From NCBI GenBank assembly GCA_900539115.1, contig UQAQ01000001.1, positions 21,368 to 85,367 of the forward strand: a stretch of DNA of 64,000 nucleotides, read 5' to 3'. Shown here in pieces: positions 1 through 9,984 of the stretch (positions are counted from its first letter, which is position 1; every line of letters begins with the position of its first letter). A model generated the notes under the pieces. That model had not been told where the DNA came from, did no database searches, and was given only the letters and a program-made list of their open reading frames with translations. Source of the stretch: an uncultured Roseburia sp. GTDB taxonomy: Bacteria > Bacillota > Clostridia > Lachnospirales > Lachnospiraceae. A program made the position numbers and the translations under genes.

Positions 1-945
1 TATAACTTGTTTGCCGTAACGATGAAACGCATGGGAATTGATTTTACATTCGTTGATCCGGACTGTTCGGACGAAGAGTTGGAAGCGGCTTTCCAGCCAA
101 ATACGAAAGCCGTATTCGGAGAGACAATCGCCAACCCGGCATTGATCGTATTTGACATCGAGCGGTTTGCGAACGCAGCACATGCTCATGGTGTTCCATT
201 GATCGTGGACAATACCTTTGCGACACCGATCAACTGTCGCCCATTTGAATGGGGAGCGGATATTGTAACACACTCCACTACCAAGTATATGGATGGACAT
301 GATGCGACCGTTGGAGGATGTATCGTAGATTCCGGTAAATTTGACTGGTTTGCTCATGCAGATAAATTCCCGGGGCTTACGACACCGGATGAATCTTACC
401 ATGGGATTACTTATGCCGAGAAATTTGGTCAGGAGGGCGCGTTTATCACGAAAGCGACGGCTCAGCTGATGAGAGATCTCGGATCTATTCAGGCACCGAT
501 GAATTCCTTCCTTTTGAATCTTGGGTTGGAGTCCATGCATGTGCGTATGCCGAGACATTGCGAAAATGCACAGAAAGTGGCAGAGTTTTTGGAAGCCAAC
601 AAAAATGTAACCTGGGTAAATTATCCGGGACTGCCGGGCAATAAATATTATGAAAGAGCGAAAAAATACATGCCAAATGGTACATGTGGTGTTGTTTCCT
701 TTGGCGTGAAAGGAGGCCGTGCAGCGGCCGAAAAATTTATGGCGAAATTAAAGATTGCGATGATCGCGACACATGTGGCAGATGCGCATACATGTGTTTT
801 ACATCCGGCATCTTCCACGCATCGACAGATGAGCGATGAAGAACTGCTGGCAGCAGGAGTAGCACCGGATCTGGTTCGTTTGTCCGTTGGAATTGAAAAT
901 GTAGAAGATATTATCGCAGATTTGAAGCAGGCACTGGAAGACTAA
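1..945 (+). CDS. metY: O-acetylhomoserine/O-acetylserine sulfhydrylase (Cys/Met-metabolism PLP enzyme), C-terminal part; the gene begins upstream of the window
   Basis: The ORF 7..945 translation carries the PLP-lysine motif HSTTKYMDGH and a C-terminal region typical of MetY/CysD-family PLP enzymes. The reading frame stays open back to position 1. Confidence 0.7.
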   Translation, partial: YNLFAVTMKRMGIDFTFVDPDCSDEELEAAFQPNTKAVFGETIANPALIVFDIERFANAAHAHGVPLIVDNTFATPINCRPFEWGADIVTHSTTKYMDGHDATVGGCIVDSGKFDWFAHADKFPGLTTPDESYHGITYAEKFGQEGAFITKATAQLMRDLGSIQAPMNSFLLNLGLESMHVRMPRHCENAQKVAEFLEANKNVTWVNYPGLPGNKYYERAKKYMPNGTCGVVSFGVKGGRAAAEKFMAKLKIAMIATHVADAHTCVLHPASSTHRQMSDEELLAAGVAPDLVRLSVGIENVEDIIADLKQALED

Positions 946-971
946 AGTGACGTTTCAGAATGGAGGTATGT

Positions 972-2408
972 ATGAAAAAAGTATTGTTTGTAGCATCCGA
1001 ATGTGTACCATTTATCAAAACAGGAGGTTTGGCTGATGTAGTTGGATCGCTTCCAAAGTATTTTGATAAAAATGAATTTGATGTACGTGTTATGATACCG
1101 AAGTATGTTTCGATTCCGGAAGAATACAAAAATCAGATGGAGTTTGTCACACATTTTTATTTGGAACTTGCTTGGAGAAAACAATATGTTGGTATTTTTC
1201 AGATGCAATACCAAGGGGTTACATTTTATTTTCTTGATAACGAATTTTATTTTAGCGGAAATCGTCCATATGGAGAGATTTATCAGGACATTGAGAAATT
1301 TGCGTTCTTCAGTAAAGCAGCATTGTCTGCCCTTCCGGTTATCGGTTTTCGCCCGGATATCATCCATTGTCATGACTGGCAGACCGGTTTGATTCCGGTA
1401 TATTTGAAAGATTCGTTCCAGCAGGGAGAATTCTTCCGCAGAATTAAGTCAATCATGACGATACATAATTTGAAATTCCAGGGAGTCTGGGATAAGAAAA
1501 CAGTCATGGATACGACGGGACTGGATGCGTATTATTTTACACCGGACAAATTGGAAGCCTATGGAGATGCCAATTATCTCAAAGGCGGACTTGTTTATGC
1601 AGACCAGATCACGACAGTAAGTGATACGTATGCAGAAGAGATCAAGACACCATTTTATGGAGAAAAACTGGATGGTCTGATGAATGCCCGTTCTGCGTGC
1701 TTAACAGGAATTGTCAATGGGCTTGATTATGATGAGTATAATCCGGCGACGGATCCGATGATCGAGGCACATTATGATGCGAGAACATTCCGCAAGGAAA
1801 AGATTAAAAATAAACGCGCTTTACAAAAAGAACTGGGGCTTGCACAGGATGACAAGAAATTTATGATCGGTATTGTTTCCCGTCTGACAGACCAGAAGGG
1901 GTTTGATCTGATCGACTATGTGATTGAGGAAATCTGTGCCGAGGATACACAGCTTGTGGTACTGGGAACCGGAGAAGAAAAATATGAGCATCTGTTCCGC
2001 CATTTTGCATGGAAATATCCGGAACGAGTTTCGGCAAACATTTTCTATTCCAATGAGCGTTCGCATAAGATTTATGCTTCCTGCGATGCCTTTTTGATGC
2101 CGTCCCTGTTTGAACCATGCGGTTTGAGCCAGTTGATGAGTCTTCGTTATGGTACTGTTCCGATCGTACGTGAGACCGGCGGTTTGAAAGATACGGTAGA
2201 ACCATACAATGAATATGAGAGCAAGGGAACCGGTTTCTCATTTGCCAATTACAACGCACATGAGATGCTCAATACGATCCGTTATGCGAAGCATATTTAT
2301 TTTGACCGCAAACGTGACTGGAATAAGATTATAGATCGTGGAATGGCGATGGATTTCTCCTGGGCAAATTCTGCGAAGAAATATCAGGATCTGTATAATC
2401 GTATGTAG
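972..2408 (+). CDS. glgA: Glycogen (starch) synthase, ADP-glucose type
   Basis: The N-terminus MKKVLFVASECVPFIKTGGLADVVGSLP is the GT5 KTGGL signature, and the length (~478 aa) fits GlgA. GGAGG lies upstream of the ATG at 972; the track ORF begins at 960. Confidence 0.9.
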   Translation: MKKVLFVASECVPFIKTGGLADVVGSLPKYFDKNEFDVRVMIPKYVSIPEEYKNQMEFVTHFYLELAWRKQYVGIFQMQYQGVTFYFLDNEFYFSGNRPYGEIYQDIEKFAFFSKAALSALPVIGFRPDIIHCHDWQTGLIPVYLKDSFQQGEFFRRIKSIMTIHNLKFQGVWDKKTVMDTTGLDAYYFTPDKLEAYGDANYLKGGLVYADQITTVSDTYAEEIKTPFYGEKLDGLMNARSACLTGIVNGLDYDEYNPATDPMIEAHYDARTFRKEKIKNKRALQKELGLAQDDKKFMIGIVSRLTDQKGFDLIDYVIEEICAEDTQLVVLGTGEEKYEHLFRHFAWKYPERVSANIFYSNERSHKIYASCDAFLMPSLFEPCGLSQLMSLRYGTVPIVRETGGLKDTVEPYNEYESKGTGFSFANYNAHEMLNTIRYAKHIYFDRKRDWNKIIDRGMAMDFSWANSAKKYQDLYNRM

Positions 2409-2432
2409 AGGATACAGATAGAAGAGTAAAAT

Positions 2433-2466
2433 AAGGGTACCTTATCTAGTGTGATGAGGTACCCTT
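2433..2466. terminator. Bidirectional rho-independent terminator between convergent glgA and csoR
   Basis: A perfect 10-bp inverted repeat (aagggtacct / aggtaccctt) with a 14-nt loop. It has an A-run on the left and a T-run on the right. Confidence 0.6.
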
Positions 2467-2484
2467 GTCATGACACATGTTTTC

Positions 2485-2784
2485 TTATTTTATCATTTTT
2501 TGTAAGATCGACAGAAGTTCTTCGACTTTTTCATCGTCCCCCTGACGGATGCCATCCACCACACAACTTTCGATGTGCGTGCTGAGCAGCTCCCTGTTAA
2601 ACGCAGTCAGTGCCGCAGAAGCTGCGGATGACTGTACCAGAATATCCATACAATACGCATCGTCCTCCAACATCCCGCGCAGTCCGCGAATCTGCCCTTC
2701 AATGCGGTTCAGGCGGTGAATCAGTTTCTTCTTTTCCTCATCCGAACGATATTTTTTATGACAACAGCAACTCTTATCCGACAT
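2485..2784 (-). CDS. csoR: CsoR-family copper-sensing transcriptional repressor
   Basis: It is 99 aa long. The LNRIEGQIRGL...YCMDILVQSSAASAAL...ESC core matches the CsoR/RcnR DUF156 fold with the Cys/His metal ligands. It is divergent from copZ–copA. Confidence 0.8.
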   Translation of the reverse strand: MSDKSCCCHKKYRSDEEKKKLIHRLNRIEGQIRGLRGMLEDDAYCMDILVQSSAASAALTAFNRELLSTHIESCVVDGIRQGDDEKVEELLSILQKMIK

Positions 2785-2876
2785 AATAACCCTCCACTTG
2801 TAGTTGAAACATTTTATCTATAGTATACCCATAATTTTTTTAGAAGTAAAGAGTTATTATTTTTGTTGTAATGCTA

Positions 2877-3017
2877 TTTTTCCCCATGGGATTCCTTCCC
2901 GCACCGGGATTTTGAACACCGTCAGTTTCCAGAGGACGTATTGTGTCCTCGGAAACTGCTACGTGTGTTCACTAAGCGCAAGCGGTCCCAAGCGGAAAGG
3001 AATCCCATGGGGAAAAA
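2877..3017. repeat. ~140-bp palindromic structured element: 20-bp perfect terminal inverted repeat (25 bp with 1 mismatch) enclosing an internal near-perfect hairpin
   Basis: ttttccccatgggattcctt at 2877–2896 is the exact reverse complement of aaggaatcccatggggaaaa at 2998–3017. An internal hairpin cagtttccagaggac / gtcctcggaaactg lies at 2923–2958. The overlapping 77-aa track ORF 2804..3037 has no RBS and is probably not coding. Confidence 0.5.
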
Positions 3018-3049
3018 GAATAATTGCAGAAAAATAATCACTTAGCCAC

Positions 3050-3080
3050 TTGACAACATACCCCCAAGGGGTATAGTATA
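3050..3080 (+). promoter_or_regulatory. copZA promoter (TTGACA, ~17-nt spacer, TATAGT) with an overlapping CsoR operator palindrome ATACCCCCAAGGGGTAT
   Basis: TTGACA lies at 3050–3055. The GC-rich pseudo-palindrome at 3058–3074 resembles the B. subtilis copZA CsoR operator (TACCC..GGGGTA) and sits across the spacer and the -10 region. Confidence 0.6.
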
Positions 3081-3129
3081 TAAGAAAAAGAAATGGAAAT
3101 ACTATTTTAAATATCAGGAGGAATTAGCG

Positions 3130-3384
3130 ATGTATAAAACAATTATGGATGTAGAAGGTATGATGTGTGGCAACTGTGAAAAGCACATGAATGAAATGAT
3201 TCAGGAGAAATTCGATGTCAAAGAAGTAACGTCTTCTCATAAGAAAGCAGAGACGCAGATCATTTCAGAAGAAAAACTTGACGAAGATAAATTGAAGGCG
3301 GAAGTGGATGAAATCGGTTACAAAGTCATTGAAATCGAAGTGGAACCTTACGAAAAGAAGAAATTTTCCCTGTTCCACAAATAG
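3130..3384 (+). CDS. copZ: Copper chaperone (HMA domain)
   Basis: An 84-aa protein with the MxCxxC metal-binding motif (MMCGNCEKHM). It lies immediately upstream of copA, behind the CsoR operator. Confidence 0.75.
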   Translation: MYKTIMDVEGMMCGNCEKHMNEMIQEKFDVKEVTSSHKKAETQIISEEKLDEDKLKAEVDEIGYKVIEIEVEPYEKKKFSLFHK

Positions 3385-3396
3385 GAGGAAGAGGCG

Positions 3397-5655
3397 ATGC
3401 GACAGTTTAATGTGACAGGTATGAGTTGTGCCGCATGCAGCAGCCGTGTAGAAAAGGCAGTTTCTAAGCTGGATGGAGTGACATCCTGTTCGGTCAGCCT
3501 TTTGACAAACTCAATGGGGGTCGAAGGAAATGTGTCTGATGATACGATCATTGCGGCGGTGCAGAATGCCGGATATGGTGCGTCTGTAAAAGGTGCAGAG
3601 ACGGCGGGAGCATCGATACAGAGGGAGGCAGCAGAAGAAGCGTTGGAAGATCATGATACGCCTGTGTTAAAAAAACGGTTATTTGCGTCCCTTGGATTTT
3701 TGATCATTCTCATGTACTTTTCCATGGGACATATGATGTGGGGCTGGCCGCTTCCGCATTTTTACGACAATAATCATGTGGCGATGGGGCTGACCCAGCT
3801 TCTGCTGACAGTGATTATTATGGTGATCAATCAGAAGTTTTTCGTCTCCGGATTTAAAAGTTTGTGGCACCGCGCACCGAATATGGATACGCTGGTGGCA
3901 CTCGGTTCGTCCGCGGCCTTTTTGTACAGCACCTTTGCGTTGTTTGAAATGACCGCTGCGCAGGTAGCAGGAGATGACGCTGCTGTCATGCACTATATGA
4001 TGGAGTTCTATTTTGAGTCGGCGGCCATGATTCTTACATTGATCACCGTAGGAAAGATGTTAGAAGCCCATTCGAAGGGAAAGACGACCGATGCATTGAA
4101 AAGTCTTATGCGTCTGGCTCCGAAAAAGGCGAATATCGTTCGGGATGGAAAAGAAGTTGAAATTCCGATCGAGCAAGTGAAAATGGGCGATGTCTTCGTC
4201 GTAAGACCGGGCGAGAGCATTCCGGTAGATGGCGTTGTTCTCGAAGGAAACAGTGCGGTCAATGAAGCGGCACTTACCGGCGAAAGCATTCCGGTGGATA
4301 AGACGGCAGGAGATGAAGTTTCGGCGGCGACGATGAACCAGTCCGGGCTGCTTCGCTGTGAAGCGGTTCGTGTCGGAGAAGATACGACACTTCAGCAGAT
4401 CATTCAGATGGTAAGCGATGCAGCAGCGACGAAGGCGCCGATCGCGAAGATTGCGGACAAAGTATCGGGTGTATTTGTACCGGTTGTTATCTCAATCGCA
4501 GTCATTACGACCATTGTATGGATGCTCCTTGGCAGGGAATTTGGCTTTGCAATCGCCAGAGGAATTTCCGTACTCGTGATCAGCTGCCCGTGTGCGCTCG
4601 GACTTGCGACACCGGTAGCGATCATGGTTGGAAACGGCCGCGCGGCAAAGAAAGGAATCCTCTTTAAAAATGCGGCAGCACTGGAAGAAGCCGGAAAAGT
4701 AAAGATTGTGGCACTGGATAAAACCGGTACGATCACAGCCGGAGAACCGAAAGTGACGGATATCTGTCCGGCAGAGGGCATTTCGGAAAAACAACTTTTA
4801 CAGATGGCATATTCTCTGGAAAAAGGAAGCGAACACCCTCTTGCGAAAGCCATTTTGCAAAAGGCAGAAGAAGAGGGCATGGAAAGCGAAGAAGTAACAG
4901 AATTTCAAGCACTTCCGGGCAATGGACTGGAAGCAGTCCGTGTTGCCGACCAGGCAAAACTTGTCGGTGGAAGTTTTATGTATATCCAGAATTTGTCAGA
5001 AGTGAGCGCCACAATGATAGAGCGTGCTGAGAAACTGGCAGAAGAAGGAAAAACGCCGCTGTTATTTGCGAAAGACGGTGTGCTGCAGGGAATGATCGCA
5101 GTAGCAGACGTGATGAAAGAAGACAGTGCAGAAGCCATCCGTGAATTAAAAGAGATGGGAATCCGCGTTGTCATGCTGACCGGCGACAATGAGCGTACGG
5201 CAAAAGCCATCGGTGAGCAGGCAGGAGTCGATGAAGTGATCGCAGACATACTGCCGGATGGTAAAGAGGCAGTTGTCCGCAAACTTCGCAAAAAAGGTGA
5301 AGTGGCGATGGTGGGCGACGGAATTAACGATGCGCCGGCATTGACAAGGGCAAACATTGGTATCGCGATCGGGGCAGGAACCGATGTGGCAATCGATGCA
5401 GCAGAGATCGTATTGATGAAGAGCCGGTTGTCTGATGTGCCACAGGCCATTCGGATCAGCCGGAAGACACTCCGCAATATCCATCAGAATCTGTTTTGGG
5501 CATTTTTCTATAACACTATCGGAATACCACTTGCAGCCGGACTTCTGATTCCGTTTGGACTCACATTGAATCCGATGTTTGGCGCAGCAGCGATGAGTTT
5601 AAGCAGTTTCTGCGTGGTTTCCAATGCGCTGAGACTGAATACGATAATAAAATAA
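3397..5655 (+). CDS. copA: Copper-translocating P1B-type ATPase
   Basis: It has an N-terminal HMA domain (GMSCAACSSRVEK), a CPC transmembrane metal site, the DKTGT phosphorylation motif and GDGINDAP. It is 752 aa long. Confidence 0.9.
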   Translation: MRQFNVTGMSCAACSSRVEKAVSKLDGVTSCSVSLLTNSMGVEGNVSDDTIIAAVQNAGYGASVKGAETAGASIQREAAEEALEDHDTPVLKKRLFASLGFLIILMYFSMGHMMWGWPLPHFYDNNHVAMGLTQLLLTVIIMVINQKFFVSGFKSLWHRAPNMDTLVALGSSAAFLYSTFALFEMTAAQVAGDDAAVMHYMMEFYFESAAMILTLITVGKMLEAHSKGKTTDALKSLMRLAPKKANIVRDGKEVEIPIEQVKMGDVFVVRPGESIPVDGVVLEGNSAVNEAALTGESIPVDKTAGDEVSAATMNQSGLLRCEAVRVGEDTTLQQIIQMVSDAAATKAPIAKIADKVSGVFVPVVISIAVITTIVWMLLGREFGFAIARGISVLVISCPCALGLATPVAIMVGNGRAAKKGILFKNAAALEEAGKVKIVALDKTGTITAGEPKVTDICPAEGISEKQLLQMAYSLEKGSEHPLAKAILQKAEEEGMESEEVTEFQALPGNGLEAVRVADQAKLVGGSFMYIQNLSEVSATMIERAEKLAEEGKTPLLFAKDGVLQGMIAVADVMKEDSAEAIRELKEMGIRVVMLTGDNERTAKAIGEQAGVDEVIADILPDGKEAVVRKLRKKGEVAMVGDGINDAPALTRANIGIAIGAGTDVAIDAAEIVLMKSRLSDVPQAIRISRKTLRNIHQNLFWAFFYNTIGIPLAAGLLIPFGLTLNPMFGAAAMSLSSFCVVSNALRLNTIIK

Positions 5656-5699
5656 CTTGACATAGTTTCAACCTATAACAAAACCCTTCTTTTTTGTAT

Positions 5700-5958
5700 T
5701 TTACAATACAGGATATTCCGATTACAATGGGGATATGTAACTATTCAGGACGCCCCTCCCCACATTCGCATTTCGAACACTTCGTGTTCTTTTCTCGCCT
5801 TTGACAAGGCTAAAAATGCTCATATGTGGAGGGGAGCCCTATTAGGATCTCAATGTATGGAAATCAAAGTCTCCTACGTGCAAGCACGACGATTCATTGA
5901 TTTCCATACATTGGACCCTGAATAGTTACGGTGATATCAAAAAGAGGAGGGTTTTTTT
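5700..5958 (+). promoter_or_regulatory. Long structured 5' leader of metE; candidate riboswitch or attenuator, class not identified
   Basis: A 13-bp long-range helix (gtaactattcagg 5737–5749 with cctgaatagttac 5915–5927) encloses ~160 nt that contain nested hairpins. These include a perfect 15-bp pair (atgtatggaaatcaa / ttgatttccatacat) and gaacacttcgtgttc. A C-rich anti-SD (cccctcccc, 5752–5760) can alternatively pair with the metE SD GAGGAGGG. No S-box, T-box or B12-box consensus could be matched by eye. Confidence 0.4.
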
Positions 5959-8229
5959 ATGAAAACATCAGTGATCGGATTCCCCCGAGTGGGAAAATTA
6001 AGAGAGTTAAAATTTGTGACGGAAAAGTTTTTCCGAGGGGAAGCAGATGCGGCAGAATTGGAAAAAACAGGGAAAGAAATTCGCTTAGAACAGTGGAAAT
6101 GGCAGAAGGACAGCCGGATTGATTTTATTCCGTCAGGGGATTTTTCATTTTACGATACGATTTTGGATGCGGCAGTTTTGTTTAATATCATTCCAAAGCG
6201 TTATAAAACACTGGGATTATCGGAGCAGGATACGTATTTTGCGATGGCGCGCGGTTATCAGGGAGCGCAGGGGGATGTAAAAGCGTTGGCGATGAAGAAA
6301 TGGTTTAACACCAACTATCATTATATGGTTCCGGAGATCGAGGACGATACAACGATTTCTCTGGCGGGAAATAAATTGGTGGACGAATATCTGGAAGCAA
6401 AGGAAAATGGATTCGAAACCAAACCGGTTATCGCAGGACCATTTACACTTTTGAAATTGATCCGTTTTGTCGGTGAAAAAGGGACTCGGGATTTTGCAGG
6501 ACAACTTTGCGAGGCATATTGTGAACTGATCGGGAAATTGGAAAAGGCAGGGGCTGTGTGGATTCAGCTTGATGAACCCTATCTTGTACATGATCTGACG
6601 AAAGAAGATCAGGAATTGTTTGTAGAATTATATGACAAGATATTGTCACAGAAAAAAGGAGTGAAAATACTTCTTCAGACGTATTTTGGGGATGTTCGTG
6701 ATATCTATGAAACGGTGGTGACGATGGATTTTGATGGAATCGGACTGGATTTTATCGAGGGAAAAGAGACAGCGGCACTTGTGGAAAAATATGGTTTTCC
6801 GGAAGATAAGCTTTTGTTTGCCGGTGTTGTTAATGGAAAAAATATCTGGCGTAATCATTATCAGAAAACTTTGAATCTGTTAGAGGGATTGCAAGCAAAA
6901 AATATTTCTGTTGTGATCAGCACGTCGTGTTCGCTCCTTCATGTGCCTTATACGCTGCAAAATGAGGGAAAACTGCCGGAAAATGTAGGGAAACATTTTG
7001 CGTTTGCGCTTGAAAAACTTCAGGAACTGGAAGAACTGAAAGCATTGGCAGAGGGAAAAGAAAGCGATACGTTGCAGGAAAACACAAGATTGTTTGCACA
7101 AACAAGAGACTGCAGTGATCCGGCGGTTCAGAAGCGTGTTTCTGAGATAAAAGAGGAAGATTTTACCAGATTGCCGGCGTTTGAAGAACGCGAAAAGATA
7201 CAAAAAGAAAGATTTTCGCTGCCATTGTTTCCAACAACTACGATTGGATCTTTCCCGCAGACAGCGGATGTGAAAGCAACGAGAACAGCATATCGCAAAA
7301 AAGAAATTTCCGAAGAAGAATATGTCGCATTTAACCGCAAAAAGATTGCGGAATGCGTCGCTTTGCAGGAAGAAATTGGGTTGGATGTGCTGGTTCACGG
7401 CGAATATGAGCGAAATGATATGGTGGAATATTTTGGAGAAAATCTCAAAGGATATTTGTTTACAGAGAAAGCATGGGTGCAGTCCTATGGAACAAGATGT
7501 GTAAAACCGCCAATCATCTGGGGCGATATTTCGAGGGAAAAAGCGATGACGGTAGCTTGGTCTGTATATGCACAGAGCCTTACGGATAAGCCGATGAAGG
7601 GCATGCTTACAGGTCCGGTTACGATACTCAATTGGTCTTTCCCGAGAGAGGATATTTCTTTGAAAGAAAGTGCATATCAGATTGCGCTGGCAATCCGCGA
7701 TGAAGTGCTTGATTTGGAAAAAAACGGAATATCTGTGATCCAGGTAGATGAGGCGGCGCTTCGCGAAAAACTGCCATTGCGTCGTTCTGACTGGTATACG
7801 GAATATCTGGATTGGGCAATCCGTGCCTTCCGTCTGGTACATAGTGGTGCCAAGGCAGAAACCCAGATCCATACGCATATGTGCTACAGTGAATTTACGG
7901 ACATTATTCCAGCCATCGATCAGATGGATGCCGATGTGATCACCTTTGAGGCCTCCCGCTCAGATCTGACGATATTAGATTCCCTGCAGGAAAATAATTT
8001 CCGTACAGAAGTCGGACCGGGTGTATATGATATCCACTCTCCGCGAATCCCATCCGAGGAAGAGATTGTTGCGGCACTGCGGAAGATGACGCAAAAGGTA
8101 AAAGTGGAAAAATTGTGGGTAAACCCGGACTGCGGTTTGAAGACAAGAGGAATCAAAGAAACAAAACCAAGTCTTTGCAATATGGTTTTAGCGGCGAAGA
8201 AACTACGCGAAGAGCAGGCTAATGGCTGA
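5959..8229 (+). CDS. metE: Cobalamin-independent methionine synthase (5-methyltetrahydropteroyltriglutamate–homocysteine methyltransferase)
   Basis: It is 756 aa with the two-barrel MetE architecture. The C-terminal zinc-site region HTHMCYS..CGL is present, and the N-terminus [18 protein letters not shown] is characteristic. Confidence 0.9.
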   Translation: MKTSVIGFPRVGKLRELKFVTEKFFRGEADAAELEKTGKEIRLEQWKWQKDSRIDFIPSGDFSFYDTILDAAVLFNIIPKRYKTLGLSEQDTYFAMARGYQGAQGDVKALAMKKWFNTNYHYMVPEIEDDTTISLAGNKLVDEYLEAKENGFETKPVIAGPFTLLKLIRFVGEKGTRDFAGQLCEAYCELIGKLEKAGAVWIQLDEPYLVHDLTKEDQELFVELYDKILSQKKGVKILLQTYFGDVRDIYETVVTMDFDGIGLDFIEGKETAALVEKYGFPEDKLLFAGVVNGKNIWRNHYQKTLNLLEGLQAKNISVVISTSCSLLHVPYTLQNEGKLPENVGKHFAFALEKLQELEELKALAEGKESDTLQENTRLFAQTRDCSDPAVQKRVSEIKEEDFTRLPAFEEREKIQKERFSLPLFPTTTIGSFPQTADVKATRTAYRKKEISEEEYVAFNRKKIAECVALQEEIGLDVLVHGEYERNDMVEYFGENLKGYLFTEKAWVQSYGTRCVKPPIIWGDISREKAMTVAWSVYAQSLTDKPMKGMLTGPVTILNWSFPREDISLKESAYQIALAIRDEVLDLEKNGISVIQVDEAALREKLPLRRSDWYTEYLDWAIRAFRLVHSGAKAETQIHTHMCYSEFTDIIPAIDQMDADVITFEASRSDLTILDSLQENNFRTEVGPGVYDIHSPRIPSEEEIVAALRKMTQKVKVEKLWVNPDCGLKTRGIKETKPSLCNMVLAAKKLREEQANG

Positions 8230-9121
8230 TATATTTTTTTAAGGCTTCCAGATAAAACGCCCCAAGCGGACTTCGTGAGCTGTTTCGGTGTGTGATGTAG
8301 CCAATGTGCATCTCGCCGGATTCCCGCAGAGGAACGGCGACGATGTTGCTGCCATTGAGTTCTGAATCAATGACACCGCTGCATATGGTATAGCCATTTA
8401 ACCCGATCAGTAGATTAAAAAGAGTCGCACGGTCCCGGACGCGGATATTTTTTTCGCGTACTTCGGTACTGAATAACTCTTCCGAAAAATAAAATGAATT
8501 ATGGTCGCCCTGTTCAAACGAAAGATATGGATAGGGCGATAATTCTTGCAATGAAATTACTTTCTTTTTTGCCAGCGGATGACTGCTGCTGATAAAAATA
8601 TGCGGTCTGGCTGTAAACAAAGGTTCAAATTGCAGCTGGCTGGTCTTCAATAATTTGCGGATGACAGGCTCGTTAAAAGAATCCAGATACAATACACCGA
8701 TCTCACTTTTCATTCGCGCAACATCCTCGATGATCTCGTAAGTCTGTGTCTCACGGAGAGAAAAATCGTATTCGTTCTGCCCGTATTCTTTGATCAGATC
8801 GACAAAGGCATTGACGGCAAAAGAATAATGCTGCGTCGAGATACAAAATTCCTGTTTTCGTGGTCCCTCGTTTTTATAGTGGTCCTCCAAAAGATAGACT
8901 TGCTCCAGAATCTGTCGCGCATAGCCTAAAAAAAGTTCCCCTTCTTTGGAGACATGAACGCCTTTATTCGTGCGGTCAAAAATCTGAATATTCATTTCTT
9001 TTTCCAATTCTTTGATGGCAGCCGTCAGACTGGGCTGGGAGATGTACAGAGCCTTCGCAGCATCTGTAATATTTCCTTTTTCTGCCACTAAGGTGATGTA
9101 TTTTAATTGCTGTAATGTCAA
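8219..9121 (-). CDS. LysR-family transcriptional regulator
   Basis: It has an N-terminal HTH ([38 protein letters not shown]) followed by a LysR substrate-binding domain, 300 aa in total. Its 3' end overlaps the metE stop by 11 nt, convergently. Confidence 0.8.
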   Translation of the reverse strand: MTLQQLKYITLVAEKGNITDAAKALYISQPSLTAAIKELEKEMNIQIFDRTNKGVHVSKEGELFLGYARQILEQVYLLEDHYKNEGPRKQEFCISTQHYSFAVNAFVDLIKEYGQNEYDFSLRETQTYEIIEDVARMKSEIGVLYLDSFNEPVIRKLLKTSQLQFEPLFTARPHIFISSSHPLAKKKVISLQELSPYPYLSFEQGDHNSFYFSEELFSTEVREKNIRVRDRATLFNLLIGLNGYTICSGVIDSELNGSNIVAVPLRESGEMHIGYITHRNSSRSPLGAFYLEALKKYISH

Positions 9122-9789
9122 ATTTCTTCTCCCTTCTCCTCCAGATCAATAAACATGATCATAAAGGCAATAAACAACAACCCGGCGCTGACAAGAATTG
9201 CCTTTTCATGCAACAGGGTAATACAAAGGTTTCCCAGTATCGCACCTAAGATAAAACAGCTAATAATTCCAAAATACAAAAATCCGTTTCGCAGACTTTT
9301 CTTCTCTTTGGTATGAAAAAAATCACACATATTCTGTGTGGCACTTCGCAGGTTTCCGATACACATTGTCGTGGCGATGCCGCGTCCGTGAATCTTTCGA
9401 AAACTTTCGACCTGAATGCCGCAGGCAAGAGAAGTCAGGCTGTTTGCCAGCAGATTGAGCGGCAAAGGGATAAAAGCGACACCGAACAGGATAACGGCTT
9501 CGATCAATACCGAAATCTGCCGCCAGTGAAGCATTTCGATGGATTTCATGCGGAAAACATCAGCCAGCATGATCCCGATCGTAAAGGCAAGGATCGGGCA
9601 GAAATAGGTCAATGCGGTTTGAAAATTTCCTTCGGAAAGGTTGACTCCAAAAAGGAGCATATTGCCGGTCTGGGCATTGGCAAACACATGTCCTCTCATA
9701 ATATATGAATACGCATCCATCATTCCGCCGGATATTGCAAGAAGGGCTCCCAGGCGGATGGATTCTGAAATTTGAGTTATCTTCATCAT
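9118..9789 (-). CDS. DUF1275 (YoaK-like) family membrane protein
   Basis: A polytopic membrane protein with a TGN-containing motif (ANAQTGNMLLFG). The start was moved to ATG 9789, which is preceded by AGGAGGA; the track ORF starts at 9885. Confidence 0.5.
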   Translation of the reverse strand: MMKITQISESIRLGALLAISGGMMDAYSYIMRGHVFANAQTGNMLLFGVNLSEGNFQTALTYFCPILAFTIGIMLADVFRMKSIEMLHWRQISVLIEAVILFGVAFIPLPLNLLANSLTSLACGIQVESFRKIHGRGIATTMCIGNLRSATQNMCDFFHTKEKKSLRNGFLYFGIISCFILGAILGNLCITLLHEKAILVSAGLLFIAFMIMFIDLEEKGEEI

Positions 9790-9984
9790 AAATATCCTCC
9801 TTCTTTCTTCGAACTGTATTATAGCAAGTTCGACGGTAAAGGTCAATATTAACGAGAAAAAAGCACGATTTACGGTCATTGACAAACAGGGAATTTCCCA
9901 TTATGATAGCGGTGTTATGTGATGATAGTAGCATTTTCGGGAGAGAATGCATAAAGATAAAAAAAGAGAGTCAGGAGAAAATAT

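Noticed and set aside
2804-3037. 77-aa ORF between csoR and copZ
   Set aside because: It lies entirely within the long palindromic element and has no Shine-Dalgarno sequence. Its composition is Cys/Phe-rich nonsense. It is more likely non-coding.
5737-5927. Inverted repeats flanking a promoter-like TTGACA upstream of metE as an invertible phase-variation switch
   Set aside because: There is no recombinase nearby. The repeats lie in a 5' UTR, where they form a riboswitch-style closing helix with SD/anti-SD logic. Phase variation of a methionine synthase is implausible.
5931-6122. 63-aa ORF overlapping the metE start
   Set aside because: It is out of frame with metE, which has a strong RBS (GAGGAGGG) and full-length homology.
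6880-7878. 332-aa antisense ORF inside metE, and similar antisense ORFs inside copA (4905..5477), hflX (10658..11191), the 695-aa gene (20799..21650), gmd (38371..39135) and the TagF gene (50925..51896)
   Set aside because: All are embedded opposite well-supported genes. They have biased, low-complexity translations and no RBS. They are frame artefacts.
9830-9984. Possible Zur box upstream of zupT
   Set aside because: There is only a weak partial match (cacgatttacgg) to the Firmicute Zur consensus AAATCGTAATnATTACGATTT. It is not convincing without a PWM scan.
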